DNA of 64,000 nucleotides, from assembly GCA_964561105.1 (NCBI GenBank), contig CAZLOH010000008.1, positions 3,093-67,092 of the forward strand, in the 5' to 3' direction. A model generated the notes under the pieces. That model was given only the letters and a program-made list of their open reading frames with translations, was not told the DNA's origin and made no database searches. Both the position numbers and the translations under genes were made by a program. Source of the DNA: an uncultured Bifidobacterium sp. (GTDB lineage Bacteria; Verrucomicrobiota; Verrucomicrobiia; Limisphaerales; JADLHS01). Shown piece by piece: positions 10,667 to 20,421 of this stretch (the first letter of the stretch is position 1; each line of letters opens with the position of its first letter).

Positions 10667-11764
10667 GTGATCCGCAACATCATCTTTGACTGGTCGGGCA
10701 CTCTGGTGGACGACCTGCCCGCCGTCTGGGAGGCGTCCAATTTTGTGCTGACTCAGGCCGGTCGCGACGAGATGTCTTTGGAACAGTTTCGGGCGGAATT
10801 TTGTCTGCCATTCACAAATTTTTACGACAAGCACACGCCCCACGTGCCGATGGACCAGTTGGAGTCCTGGTTTCACGGCCGCTTCCGCCAATGCCAGGCG
10901 TCCGTGCGTCCCCTGCCCCACGCCCGGGCGTTTCTCGAATTTTCGCGGGAGCAACGACTGCGGACGTTTTTGTTAAGCACGGTCGCCAGCGATCATTTCG
11001 CCGTTCAGAATCGCTCCCTCGGCTTCGACGAGTTTCTCGACAAACCCTATCTCGGCATCTGGGACAAGCGAACGAAGATTCATGAAATACTCGAGGAGAA
11101 CAAACTCCGCCCGCGGGAGACGCTGTTCATCGGCGACATGCAGCACGACATCGAGACCGCGCGGCACGGCGGCATCCATTCCTGCGCGGTGCTGACCGGC
11201 TACAACACGCTGGCCCAATTGCGCGCCGCCGGGCCGGACTTGATCGTGGAACACCTCGGTGAATTGCGGGAGGTCCTGCAGCGGAATGAACTGCAGTTGC
11301 AACCGGCCGGAAACACGACCGAATCCACCCATCCGCCGGTCGTCACAGTCGGGGGTTTGATCTTCAATGACGCGGAACAGGTGCTGATGGTGCGCACGCA
11401 CAAGTGGTCCGACCGTTGGGGCATCCCGGGCGGCAAAGTGAAATGGGGCGAGCCGGCGGAGGCAGCCTTGCGACGGGAACTCAAGGAGGAAACCAACCTC
11501 GACCTCGCAGACATCCAATTCGTACTGGTGCAGGACTGCATTCACTCGCCGGAATTTTATCGTGATGCCCACTTTGTGCTGTTGAACTACACCTGTCGTT
11601 GCGCGGGCACGCCGGACGTAAAGTTGAATGACGAGGCGCAGGAATTTCGGTGGGTCGAACTGGCCGCCGCCGGCGATTTGGCGCTCAACGCCCCAACCCG
11701 CCGGTTGCTCGACGCCGTGCGGGAGCGCAAAGCGGCGGCCGCCAAACCCGCCGGAAAGAATTAG
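10667..11764 (+). CDS. HAD-family phosphatase fused to a C-terminal NUDIX hydrolase
   Basis: HAD motif I variant FDWSGTLVDD and motif IV FIGDMQHD; Nudix box GGKVKWGEPAEAALRRELKEETNL. Confidence 0.88.
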   Translation: MIRNIIFDWSGTLVDDLPAVWEASNFVLTQAGRDEMSLEQFRAEFCLPFTNFYDKHTPHVPMDQLESWFHGRFRQCQASVRPLPHARAFLEFSREQRLRTFLLSTVASDHFAVQNRSLGFDEFLDKPYLGIWDKRTKIHEILEENKLRPRETLFIGDMQHDIETARHGGIHSCAVLTGYNTLAQLRAAGPDLIVEHLGELREVLQRNELQLQPAGNTTESTHPPVVTVGGLIFNDAEQVLMVRTHKWSDRWGIPGGKVKWGEPAEAALRRELKEETNLDLADIQFVLVQDCIHSPEFYRDAHFVLLNYTCRCAGTPDVKLNDEAQEFRWVELAAAGDLALNAPTRRLLDAVRERKAAAAKPAGKN

Positions 11765-11767
11765 CCC

Positions 11768-12154
11768 ATGTCAAAAATCACAATCGTTGATCTGGAAGTG
11801 CAATATCACGTCGGGGTGCCCGACGAGGAACGCGCCCACCCCCAACGCCTGCTCATTACGGTGGACCTGACGCATGATTTCTCGTCGGCGGCCCTGACGG
11901 ATCGCGTTACCAAGACGATTGATTACTTCGACGTGTCGCAACGCATTCTCCAGTTCGGCCAGGACCGCAGTTGGAAGTTGATCGAAAAAGTGGCCGTGGA
12001 TATCGCGGACATGATCCTCGGCGAGTTTCGTCCCGAGGCCGTGACGGTAACGGTGAAAAAATTTGTTCTGCCCCAGGCCAATCACGTTTCGGTCAGCATC
12101 ACGCAAAACCGCTCCGGCAGTGGCGTCAAGCGGGCGGGCTGGGGAATCCCGTGA
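11768..12154 (+). CDS. folB: Dihydroneopterin aldolase
   Basis: HVGVPDEER...Q, TIDY, KLIEKVA and VTVKK, all typical of FolB. Confidence 0.88.
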   Translation: MSKITIVDLEVQYHVGVPDEERAHPQRLLITVDLTHDFSSAALTDRVTKTIDYFDVSQRILQFGQDRSWKLIEKVAVDIADMILGEFRPEAVTVTVKKFVLPQANHVSVSITQNRSGSGVKRAGWGIP

Positions 12155-12581
12155 TGTAAGTCTCCAACTGATGAATGGCGGAAGTCTGGTGCGAGATGAT
12201 CGAGTTCACCAGGTCGCCAATGGAAATCACCCCGAGGATTCTTGGCCCGGCCACCACCGGCAAATGGCGGATGCGATGTTCGGTCATCAACAACATGCAG
12301 TCCTCCACCGTCTGGTCCGGACCAACGGAGATCACCTTGCCCGAAATGATGTCCCGCACCGGCGTCTCCCGGGAGGATCGCCCCTTGAGCGCCACCTTTC
12401 GGGTGTAATCCCGTTCGGAGATGACTCCCAGCAGTTGCTCGCCCTGGGTAACCAACAACGCCCCCACGTTCTTTTCCGCCATCACCTGGATCGCCTCCAG
12501 AACCGTGGCCTCCGGCGAAACGGTCCAGACGACGCTGCCCTTGTGCGCGAGGATTTCACTGATTTGAATGGAATGAGTCAT
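12126..12581 (-). CDS. CBS-domain pair protein
   Basis: Two CBS repeats (NVGALLV, GVISERDYTRKV, HRIRHLPV, GVISIGDLV). Its 3' end overlaps the convergent folB. Confidence 0.9.
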   Translation of the reverse strand: MTHSIQISEILAHKGSVVWTVSPEATVLEAIQVMAEKNVGALLVTQGEQLLGVISERDYTRKVALKGRSSRETPVRDIISGKVISVGPDQTVEDCMLLMTEHRIRHLPVVAGPRILGVISIGDLVNSIISHQTSAIHQLETYITGFPSPPA

Positions 12582-12977
12582 AAGCGGGAAGCAATGGTTA
12601 AACCGGCGGGCAGGAGCGACCAGACCACGATGCTGTCACCGAAGGCACGACGACCACTTGGGCCGGATTTGCCCTTCGCCTGCCCCTGCAGTTCCTCAAC
12701 CTGGATTCTGGCCGTGACATTGCACCGAAGGTAACACACGAGCGGGTGGCGTGGACACAAAAAAAGCGGCACGCGCACTCCGATGGATCCTGCTGAAAAA
12801 CCCAGGATCTACATGGCGAAATCTGAAATAGCTTGAAATGTTCCCAATTCCGAAATCCGTTTGAAGAAAAAAATTGACAACCAAACACCGTTCAAGTTGC
12901 CTTGCTGACAGAAAGCCCGAGCCTATTACAAGCGCAACGCTTGTTACTCCCGTTTTCGAAACCAGAAAGTAACAAAA

Positions 12978-14201
12978 ATGAAGATCTTGATTAAGATTGG
13001 CTTGTTGTTCACATTCGCCTTTGTTCAATCCGCGTACTCAATGCAGGGGAGCTATCCCAGGTGGGATGGCTTCTTTGGCAGCCAGAATTTCTACGGCTAC
13101 TCTGTTTCTACGCCTGCGGTTGGGGGCACTTATGGTTCGGTGTTGTATTACACGTCTCACGATCCAGGTGGAGATTTAGTTTTTGTTCGGGACAGCTACT
13201 ACCAGACAGAAAATTTGGTCGCAGGAGTGAATGCTGGAGGCGTGATATATGCGATCTGCAAAGGAAATGACGGACTATACATTGCTGGCTATTTCAGTAG
13301 TGTGAATGGTGTCCCCGCAACGAATGTGGCAAAATTAACCGGATCGGGTTGGGTTGGGCTCAACACGACGTTAGTGCCAGTCGCAGTCGCTGCTGGTAAC
13401 AACGGGACTGTGTACATCGGCACTCAAAATACTACGAGCACTTGCGATCATGACGACGTTCAAGTATTTCTGAAATGGAACCCCAATGCGTTACAGTGGC
13501 AAACTGTAGGAGGGGGAATGGAAATACTTGGTACAAGCCAGGCTGGAGTTCATTGTTTAGCCATCGACCAGACGGACGGCGTTAGCGTGTTTGTAGGTGG
13601 TAACTTCTTGGGAGGATCAGGCGTTTACTCCCCAAACCTCATAAAGTGGAATGGACAGACACACGCTTGGGTGGCCATGGGGAGTGGGCTGGTCGCCGAT
13701 CCCGGAACTATTCTGGATTGCAACCACAACGAATTTTTAAGTCCCATTTCGCAAAGTTGGGTAACCGAAATAGCCGTCGCAGCAAGCACCGAGGTCTATG
13801 TGGCAGGCAGGTTCTACGGGGGGATTGCTCGGTTTAGTTCAACTGGCAACCGGCTTTCCTTTGGTACACTTCTTAAGGGCGGAGGGGGGGAGGAGGGATT
13901 TGGAATAGCTTACTTAAATGGAGTGGTCTATGTGTCTGGGCTTTTCGACAGCGTAAGCGACGGCGTAAGCAACACTTCAGCCAATGGGGTAGCGCAGTGG
14001 CACGCAAACATTTGGAGCAGCTTGAGTTGCGGTCTGTGGTCACCAGACGGACTTGCCACAGGTGGAAAACTAGCAGTCACGGCGAATAGCGTAATCGTGT
14101 TTCAGGCGGGTCCAAATGGTTATCAGAATGCAGGTTGCGAGTCTCTCGATCAGGTACCCGCTCGATGGCAAATCTATGCGGACAGTCTTCTTCCACATTG
14201 A
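12978..14201 (+). CDS. Low-GC secreted protein with beta-propeller-like repeats (GxF...NVAxW...W..LG)
   Basis: Signal peptide MKILIKIGLLFTFAFVQSAYS and repeats TNVAKLTGSGWVGL, NLIKWNGQTHAWVAMGSGL and NGVAQWHANIWSSL. Two sampled 60-nt lines are 45% and 53% GC. Confidence 0.7.
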   Translation: MKILIKIGLLFTFAFVQSAYSMQGSYPRWDGFFGSQNFYGYSVSTPAVGGTYGSVLYYTSHDPGGDLVFVRDSYYQTENLVAGVNAGGVIYAICKGNDGLYIAGYFSSVNGVPATNVAKLTGSGWVGLNTTLVPVAVAAGNNGTVYIGTQNTTSTCDHDDVQVFLKWNPNALQWQTVGGGMEILGTSQAGVHCLAIDQTDGVSVFVGGNFLGGSGVYSPNLIKWNGQTHAWVAMGSGLVADPGTILDCNHNEFLSPISQSWVTEIAVAASTEVYVAGRFYGGIARFSSTGNRLSFGTLLKGGGGEEGFGIAYLNGVVYVSGLFDSVSDGVSNTSANGVAQWHANIWSSLSCGLWSPDGLATGGKLAVTANSVIVFQAGPNGYQNAGCESLDQVPARWQIYADSLLPH

Positions 14202-14613
14202 CTGACGACCCCTCCGATTTGCAAGCAGCAAGAGGCGTTTACGAATCCGGATTGGTGCTTCATAGTTTGAGAGTTGGTTGTTCTAAAAAATATTTGGTGA
14301 TTCACAATGCATCAGTCCCCTCTGCCTCAAATATATCCGAGGCAGAAGGGCTATGGTTCTGTTCGACGCAGAAATCGCAGCACTCCATGATTCGGTGTAG
14401 CGCGTTGTGATTTTTGTCAAAGGTGTTTTGATTGTTCAGACTGGAAGGCTTTTGGACGAATCGGCCAGCTGTTGCCAATCCACCACCGCTCCGCATTGAC
14501 TTTTGTAATTATTCCGCTTGCAAAAGCTGCTCCTGACAGGCATTTTTGCCCCATCAAGCCTTCCGTGAGGACAAACCCGGTGGCGCCATCACTCTAGCTA
14601 AGGTCAAACTGAT

Positions 14614-15480
14614 ATGAAAAATCGAAAGACAGGTTTCACCCTGATCGAACTTCTGGTGGTCATTGCCATCATCGCCATCCTCGCGGCCATGTTGTTGCCC
14701 GCCCTGGCCAAGGCCAAGACCAAGGCCCAAGGCATCCTTTGCATGAACAACACCAAGCAACTCATGCTCGCCTGGCACATGTACGGCGTTGATAACAATG
14801 ACGCCATTGTCGGCAGTTATCACGGTGGTGATGCCCAAGGGGGCGCTGCGGGCAACGATCCAAAAAAGTCGCCGTGGGTGACTGGCTGGTTGGACTGGAG
14901 TACCAGTACCGACAACACCAACACTCTGTTTTTAACCGAGGAGAAGTACGCCAGACTCGGGAAGTATTTGGGCAAGAATAAGAATGTATTCCAATGCCCG
15001 GCGGACCACTACGTCAGCACGGTCCAGGCGAGGATGGGCTGGTCCGCACGCTGTCGGAGCTTGTCCGGCAACATTGGTGTGGGAGATGGGAATGCCGATG
15101 CATCAGGCGCTCCTTGGGACACGATCTATAAACACATCAAGAAAACGACCGATTTTCAATATCCCAGTCCTGCGGAAACATGGGTCTATCTGGACGAACA
15201 TCCCTGCAGCATCAACGACGCAGGTTTTTTTAATCCTCATGCCAACTCGTGGATTGACCAGCCGGCTTCCTACCATAATGGCGCAGCTGGATTCTCCTTC
15301 GCCGACGGCCATTCCGAAATCCACAAATGGACGGCTTCGCTCTCGACCCCACAGGCCAAGGCCATCAATACCACCTTTAACGGCGTCACCGCTACTTCCG
15401 TGGCGGCCAAAGACCGGGACATCTCCTGGATGAGCTATCACGCCGGGCGACGGACTCCCACATACTACGGTGGATATTAA
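14614..15480 (+). CDS. Prepilin-type N-terminal cleavage/methylation protein with H-X9-DG motif (DUF1559-like)
   Basis: [23 protein letters not shown] at the N-terminus; [12 protein letters not shown] is H-X9-DG. Confidence 0.92.
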   Translation: MKNRKTGFTLIELLVVIAIIAILAAMLLPALAKAKTKAQGILCMNNTKQLMLAWHMYGVDNNDAIVGSYHGGDAQGGAAGNDPKKSPWVTGWLDWSTSTDNTNTLFLTEEKYARLGKYLGKNKNVFQCPADHYVSTVQARMGWSARCRSLSGNIGVGDGNADASGAPWDTIYKHIKKTTDFQYPSPAETWVYLDEHPCSINDAGFFNPHANSWIDQPASYHNGAAGFSFADGHSEIHKWTASLSTPQAKAINTTFNGVTATSVAAKDRDISWMSYHAGRRTPTYYGGY

Positions 15481-15587
15481 GTCGCAATAAGCGACGAGGC
15501 AGGGACGGACTCACCGGATCAACCCGGGCGTTGCTCCTCGTCTTTTGAGTCGGGCGGTAACAGCGTGTCCGCGCGGCACGGACAAAC

Positions 15588-17309
15588 TTACACCCCACGT
15601 CCGGCTTGCCTGGCCAGTTGCGAATACATGCTTGCCTTCGCGTGAAACTTTGGGTCGGCGTCGAGTTCCCTCGCGGTTTGCGGCAGCCGGGCCGACCAGT
15701 TGGACGCGGAAGTCGAACCGGGCACATTGAAGCGCGCCGTCAGCGCAAACACGTCCTGGACTTGAAAGACGGCGAGCCAGGAATTTGATTCCAGAACCGC
15801 GCGGGTGAAAGCCTCCTGCAATTCCCCGTTGAATTCGCGGGGCGGCTCCGCGCCCCGGGCCAGCCCGGCAAAATCCATCAGGTGTTGCAGCTCGCGCCGG
15901 TTATTCGCCACGTCCCGGCCTGATTCAATGTTGGCCCAACATTCCTGCCACAGCAGCGCAATCGGCGTGTGATCGTGGGTCGCGGGCTGGGCCAGCGAGA
16001 GGCGGGGATATTGCTTCGGATCGGCGTAGGAGCCATCCGCTTCCCGGAACAGCATCGGGATGCGAAAGCCGGGCGTGCCCAACTTCTCGAGCGTGGGCGG
16101 AACGTATTCCGGCACGCAGCCCAGGTCTTCGGCCACCACGGTCGTTTCCCCGGACGCCTCCAGCACGACGCGCAGGATTTCCTCCCCTTGCGCCTGGTTG
16201 GCCCGCTTGTGCTCTTCCGAATCGTCCGGGAACTGCTTGAAACCGGGCAGCCGTCCCCCCGTGCGTTCGGCCGCCTGAGGTTCGTCGAGCGGCAGAAACT
16301 CCGCGTTCCGATCCGGTGTCCAGGGAAACGAATAGATGCGAAAGAAGCCCAGGACATGATCAATGCGGTACAAATGAAACACCTGCCGGATGTTGCCGAC
16401 GCGTGTGCGCCACCACGCGAACTGGTGCCGGCGCAGTTCATCCCACCGGTAGTTGGGGATGCCCCAGTTCTGCCCCCACTTTTCGGTGAATGGATCCACT
16501 TTGAACGTCCGCTCCGGAGGCGCGCCGCCGCTCCAGTCGAGATCAAAGATGGTGCGATTGGCCCAGACATCGGCGCTGTAACGTCCGACGCCGAACGGAA
16601 TGTCACCCATCAGATAAACCTTTTTCGCCGTGCCGTAGTCCTTCACCGCCTGCCACTGGGCAAAGGCAATCCACTGCACGTAGGCAAAGAAGAGCTGCCG
16701 GCGATTCAGTTCCGCGCGGCGCGGCTCCGGGAGCGACAACAGCCAGGTGCGCGCCCGGCGCGGCCTCTGATGCTCCTGCGGCCAGCGATCCCACGCGGGC
16801 GAATTGCCGTTCTGCTCCATCAACGCGCGGAACAACACGTAGTCCGACAACCACTCCGCGTGCTCGCGCAGGAAGCCGCGGAACCCGGCGGCACGTTCAG
16901 TCTCCGCGTTGAAATGACGTTTGAGAAAACTCTCGAACGCAACCTCGAGCAAGGCGCGCTTGAGCGCCTTGACCCGGGGATAATTCACCGGCCCGGCGCG
17001 CAACTCTTGCAGCAATCGGGGTGTGGCCAGCTTGCGAAAGGCCCTCGGGGACAAATCCGGCAGTTGCTCCGGCGTCAGGGCCAGCGTCGTCGGCTCGATG
17101 GCAAGCGAGCTGATGGCGTTGTAAGGCGAATTGTCATCGCTAATTTCATTGATCGGCAGCGTCTGGAAAATGTTCAGCCGATGACGCTGGCACCAGTCAA
17201 TCATCTGGCGCACGCCTTCCGTGTCGCCAATGCCCAGATCCGCCTCGGTGCGGATGGCAAAGGTGGGTTCGAGGATTCCGGCAAGCGACTGGTCGGGACT
17301 TAATTTCAT
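15588..17309 (-). CDS. malQ: 4-alpha-glucanotransferase (amylomaltase, GH77)
   Basis: GIGD, SPYNAISS, MGDIPFGV, GQNWGIP, YRIDHVLGFFR, AEDLG and ATHDH. Start set at MKLSPD. Confidence 0.9.
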   Translation of the reverse strand: MKLSPDQSLAGILEPTFAIRTEADLGIGDTEGVRQMIDWCQRHRLNIFQTLPINEISDDNSPYNAISSLAIEPTTLALTPEQLPDLSPRAFRKLATPRLLQELRAGPVNYPRVKALKRALLEVAFESFLKRHFNAETERAAGFRGFLREHAEWLSDYVLFRALMEQNGNSPAWDRWPQEHQRPRRARTWLLSLPEPRRAELNRRQLFFAYVQWIAFAQWQAVKDYGTAKKVYLMGDIPFGVGRYSADVWANRTIFDLDWSGGAPPERTFKVDPFTEKWGQNWGIPNYRWDELRRHQFAWWRTRVGNIRQVFHLYRIDHVLGFFRIYSFPWTPDRNAEFLPLDEPQAAERTGGRLPGFKQFPDDSEEHKRANQAQGEEILRVVLEASGETTVVAEDLGCVPEYVPPTLEKLGTPGFRIPMLFREADGSYADPKQYPRLSLAQPATHDHTPIALLWQECWANIESGRDVANNRRELQHLMDFAGLARGAEPPREFNGELQEAFTRAVLESNSWLAVFQVQDVFALTARFNVPGSTSASNWSARLPQTARELDADPKFHAKASMYSQLARQAGRGV

Positions 17310-17549
17310 TTTGGCGGCCGGAGTGTGGCAGGAGCTCTGGCCAAACTCAATGGGCGTGAGGCGGCGATCACCCCGCCGCGTGGGGCAGCGACCGACAAGC
17401 CTCGGTCGTCTGGTCCTGCAGGCCGGCTTCCCCAACCTGGCGTTTCGAATGTGAAGTGCCCGGGGAAGGCAACGAAGGTTGTCCTCCAAAAAGAGTCAAT
17501 CCCCGCCGAATGGACCCCGGCGGGGATTGCTCCGGAACCAACCGAAAAT

Positions 17550-18233
17550 TCAGGCGGGCACTTCGCGTTGCACCCAAGAGGTGGCGTATTGCGTCAGTTC
17601 GGAGGCGTCCTTGAGGTTGAGCTTCCGTTTGATCTGCTCGCGATAGTATTCGACAGTCTTGACGCTCAGATGAAGTTCGCTCGCGATTTCCTTGGTCTTT
17701 TTCCATTGACCGATCAGATGAAACACTTCCACTTCGCGATCGCTCAGGGACTTGATCGCCGGTTGCTGCACATCCGTCTGGCCGCGCACCTGTTGCTGGA
17801 GCATCTTGGCCCCCAGCTTGTCGCTCACATACACGCTGCCCGCCAGCACTCGGCGAATGGCCGTGACAATCTTCTCCAGCGCCTCCTGCTTCATCAAGTA
17901 GCCGAGCGCCCCGGCGCGGAAGGCAATCTCGGCGTAAACCGTTTCATCATGGACGCTGACCACCAGGATCGGGAGCGCGGGAAACTGGGCTTTGATGTTG
18001 CGGATCAATTCCAGCCCGCTGCTATCCTTGAGCGACAGATCCGCGATGATGAGATCGGCCTTGAGCCGGAGGATGGCATCGAGCGCTTTGCGCGCGTCCT
18101 CTTCTTCCCCGCAGACCACCAGGTCGTTTTGCCGATTGATGAGCTGGGCAATTCCAAATCGCACCACGGCATGATCGTCCACCAGCAGAATTTTTTTCCG
18201 GTTGTCTTTGACTTCCGCGTCTTTGGTTTGCAT
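17550..18233 (-). CDS. NarL/FixJ-family response regulator (REC plus LuxR HTH)
   Basis: LLVDDH, IADLSL (phospho-Asp), LSDREVEVF...SVKTVEYYREQIKRKL. Confidence 0.93.
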   Translation of the reverse strand: MQTKDAEVKDNRKKILLVDDHAVVRFGIAQLINRQNDLVVCGEEEDARKALDAILRLKADLIIADLSLKDSSGLELIRNIKAQFPALPILVVSVHDETVYAEIAFRAGALGYLMKQEALEKIVTAIRRVLAGSVYVSDKLGAKMLQQQVRGQTDVQQPAIKSLSDREVEVFHLIGQWKKTKEIASELHLSVKTVEYYREQIKRKLNLKDASELTQYATSWVQREVPA

Positions 18234-18533
18234 CAGTTGTTAGGAAATGTTTGCACGGCCTCTGTTATGGTGTCCGCGTAGTGCAAGTTGGAAGCCAAAT
18301 TCGCGCCATTCGCGATTCCAGCGGTTCAATTCACCACACTGCAAGCCGGTTGTCCCAAGCCGGGACAGGCCGGCGGCAGATCAAGACAAGCGGGTTGAAT
18401 TCTCCCTGTCCGTGGGCGACGGCAGCATTTCCTTTTGATTCCGCGCGCCTGACCGACGAATGGTTGCCGGCCACCACGCTCCGAGCGGTGAATGAATTGA
18501 CGCGAAATTTTATTTGGGCAATGTATCGCGCCG

Positions 18534-19793
18534 ATGGGAACTGAAACCCTCCCCCCCAATCCGTGGATGCTGCTGCCGTTTGTCGTTTTGCTCGGCACCA
18601 TCGCTTTGGCTCCGCTGTGCGCGGCCGACTGGTGGGGAAAACACTATCCCAAAGTGGCGCTCGCCCTGGGCGCCATCACCCTGGGCTATTACCTGGTTGG
18701 CCTGCACGCTTCCGGACGGGTGCTTCAGGTGGCGCACGAGTATGCGAGCTTCATTGCGCTCATCGGCTCGCTGTTCATCGTGGCCGGCGGCATCCACATT
18801 AATGTCAAAGGCGAAGCCACGCCCGCGGCAAATGTGTTGTTCCTGCTCGTCGGCGCGGTCGTGGCCAATCTTCTGGGCACCACCGGCGCTTCCATGCTTT
18901 TGATTCGCCCGTGGATCCGGATGAACAAATATCGCGTCACCGGGCATCACATCGTGTTCTTCATTTTCATCGTGTCCAACGTGGGCGGCTGCCTCACGCC
19001 CATCGGGGATCCGCCCTTGTTTCTGGGCTACCTCAAAGGCGTACCGTTCTGGTGGGTGGCCCGGCAGTGCTGGCCAATGTGGGCCACCGGCCTGGCCATA
19101 CTGCTGGCAATGTTTTACGTTCTCGACCGCCGCAACTTTCAACGTGCGCCGCAACCGGTCCGCACGAAGGAAACCGAATCCGCTCACTGGCGTTTCGATG
19201 GCTTGGGCAATCTCTTTTTTCTGGCGGTCATCCTCGGGGCGGTGTTCATCAACCAACCGGTGTTCCTGCGCGAAGGCCTGATGCTCGCGGCGGCGCTGGG
19301 GTCCTATTTCACGACGCGCGCCGACATCCACGAGGCGAATCATTTCAATTTCCATCCGATCAAGGAGGTGGCCATCCTGTTCATCGGCATTTTTGCCACC
19401 ATGATTCCGGCCCTGGACTGGTTGCAACTCAACGCCGGCCGGCTCGGCGCGCCGACCCCCGGAGTTTTCTTCTGGAGCAGCGGCGCGTTGTCCAGCGTGC
19501 TGGATAACGCGCCCACGTATCTGAGCTTTTTCAGCGTAATGATCGGGGCCGCGCCCGCCGGCGAGATGCAGCACCTGTTGACCACGCAAGCGCCCACGCT
19601 CGTCGCCATCAGCGTGGGGGCCGTGTTTTTCGGCGCGAACACCTACATTGGCAACGGCCCCAACTTCATGGTCAAAGCCATCGCCGACCACCAAAAGATC
19701 AAAACCCCGACGTTCATCGGCTATGTGGTCAAGTACACCCTGCCCTGCATGGTGCCGATGCTGCTCATCGTGTGGTTGATCTTCTTTCGCTGA
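18534..19793 (+). CDS. Putative Na+/H+ antiporter or IT-superfamily membrane transporter
   Basis: Multi-TM protein with GTTGASMLLIRP, SNVGGCLTPIGDPPLFLG, SSVLDNAPTY and TYIGNGPNFMVK. Confidence 0.8.
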   Translation: MGTETLPPNPWMLLPFVVLLGTIALAPLCAADWWGKHYPKVALALGAITLGYYLVGLHASGRVLQVAHEYASFIALIGSLFIVAGGIHINVKGEATPAANVLFLLVGAVVANLLGTTGASMLLIRPWIRMNKYRVTGHHIVFFIFIVSNVGGCLTPIGDPPLFLGYLKGVPFWWVARQCWPMWATGLAILLAMFYVLDRRNFQRAPQPVRTKETESAHWRFDGLGNLFFLAVILGAVFINQPVFLREGLMLAAALGSYFTTRADIHEANHFNFHPIKEVAILFIGIFATMIPALDWLQLNAGRLGAPTPGVFFWSSGALSSVLDNAPTYLSFFSVMIGAAPAGEMQHLLTTQAPTLVAISVGAVFFGANTYIGNGPNFMVKAIADHQKIKTPTFIGYVVKYTLPCMVPMLLIVWLIFFR

Positions 19794-19875
19794 TCAGCGA
19801 CGATGTTTCCATTGAACACTTGGGCGGCCAAGCCGTCCAACCCTTGGACAAACAATCAACCAACGAACTGCCAAC

Positions 19876-20310
19876 ATGAAAAAAATCCTCATCGCCCTCT
19901 GCGCCACCTTCGCGCTGCTGCAACTCCATGCGGCCGAAGCCTCGTGGCTGACCGACGTGCCCCAAGCCCAAACCCAGGCCGCCAAGGAAAAGAAACTGGT
20001 CCTGCTCGATTTCACGGGCTCCGACTGGTGCGGCTGGTGCATCAAATTACACAAGGAAGTCTTCTCCCAGCCGGCGTTCAACGACTACGCCAAAAAGAAC
20101 CTGGTGCTGGTGACGGTGGATTTTCCCATGAAGAAGAAGTTGAGCGCCGCGCAAAAGCAGGCCAATGACGCGCTCGCCAAGAAATACAACATCCAGGGCT
20201 ACCCGACGATCATCGTGCTGGACGGAGCCGGAAAAAAAGTCGGTGAACTGGGCTATCAACCCGGCGGTCCCAAGCCGTTTATTGCGGCGTTGGAGAAGCT
20301 GAAAAAGTAA
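19876..20310 (+). CDS. Secreted thioredoxin-fold protein
   Basis: Signal peptide, DFTGSDWCGWC (CxxC) and IQGYPT (cis-Pro). Confidence 0.9.
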   Translation: MKKILIALCATFALLQLHAAEASWLTDVPQAQTQAAKEKKLVLLDFTGSDWCGWCIKLHKEVFSQPAFNDYAKKNLVLVTVDFPMKKKLSAAQKQANDALAKKYNIQGYPTIIVLDGAGKKVGELGYQPGGPKPFIAALEKLKK

Positions 20311-20334
20311 CCAGGCTCCTCACATCCACATCCC

Positions 20335-20363
20335 GGCGCGGCGACTTTCGCCGCGCCTTTTTT
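20335..20363 (+). terminator. Intrinsic terminator
   Basis: GGCGCGGCG-acttt-CGCCGCGCC followed by TTTTTT after the thioredoxin gene. Confidence 0.8.
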
Positions 20364-20421
20364 GTCCTTCAAACTTGACCGCGCCCGATTCCAATCTAGC
20401 ATCCGCACCGTTGGTCACGGC

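Noticed and set aside
12605-12735. Glycine riboswitch
   Set aside because: It has GGAGCG and ACCGAAGG but lacks the CUCAGG elements and any glycine-related downstream gene. Kept only as a low-confidence RNA candidate.
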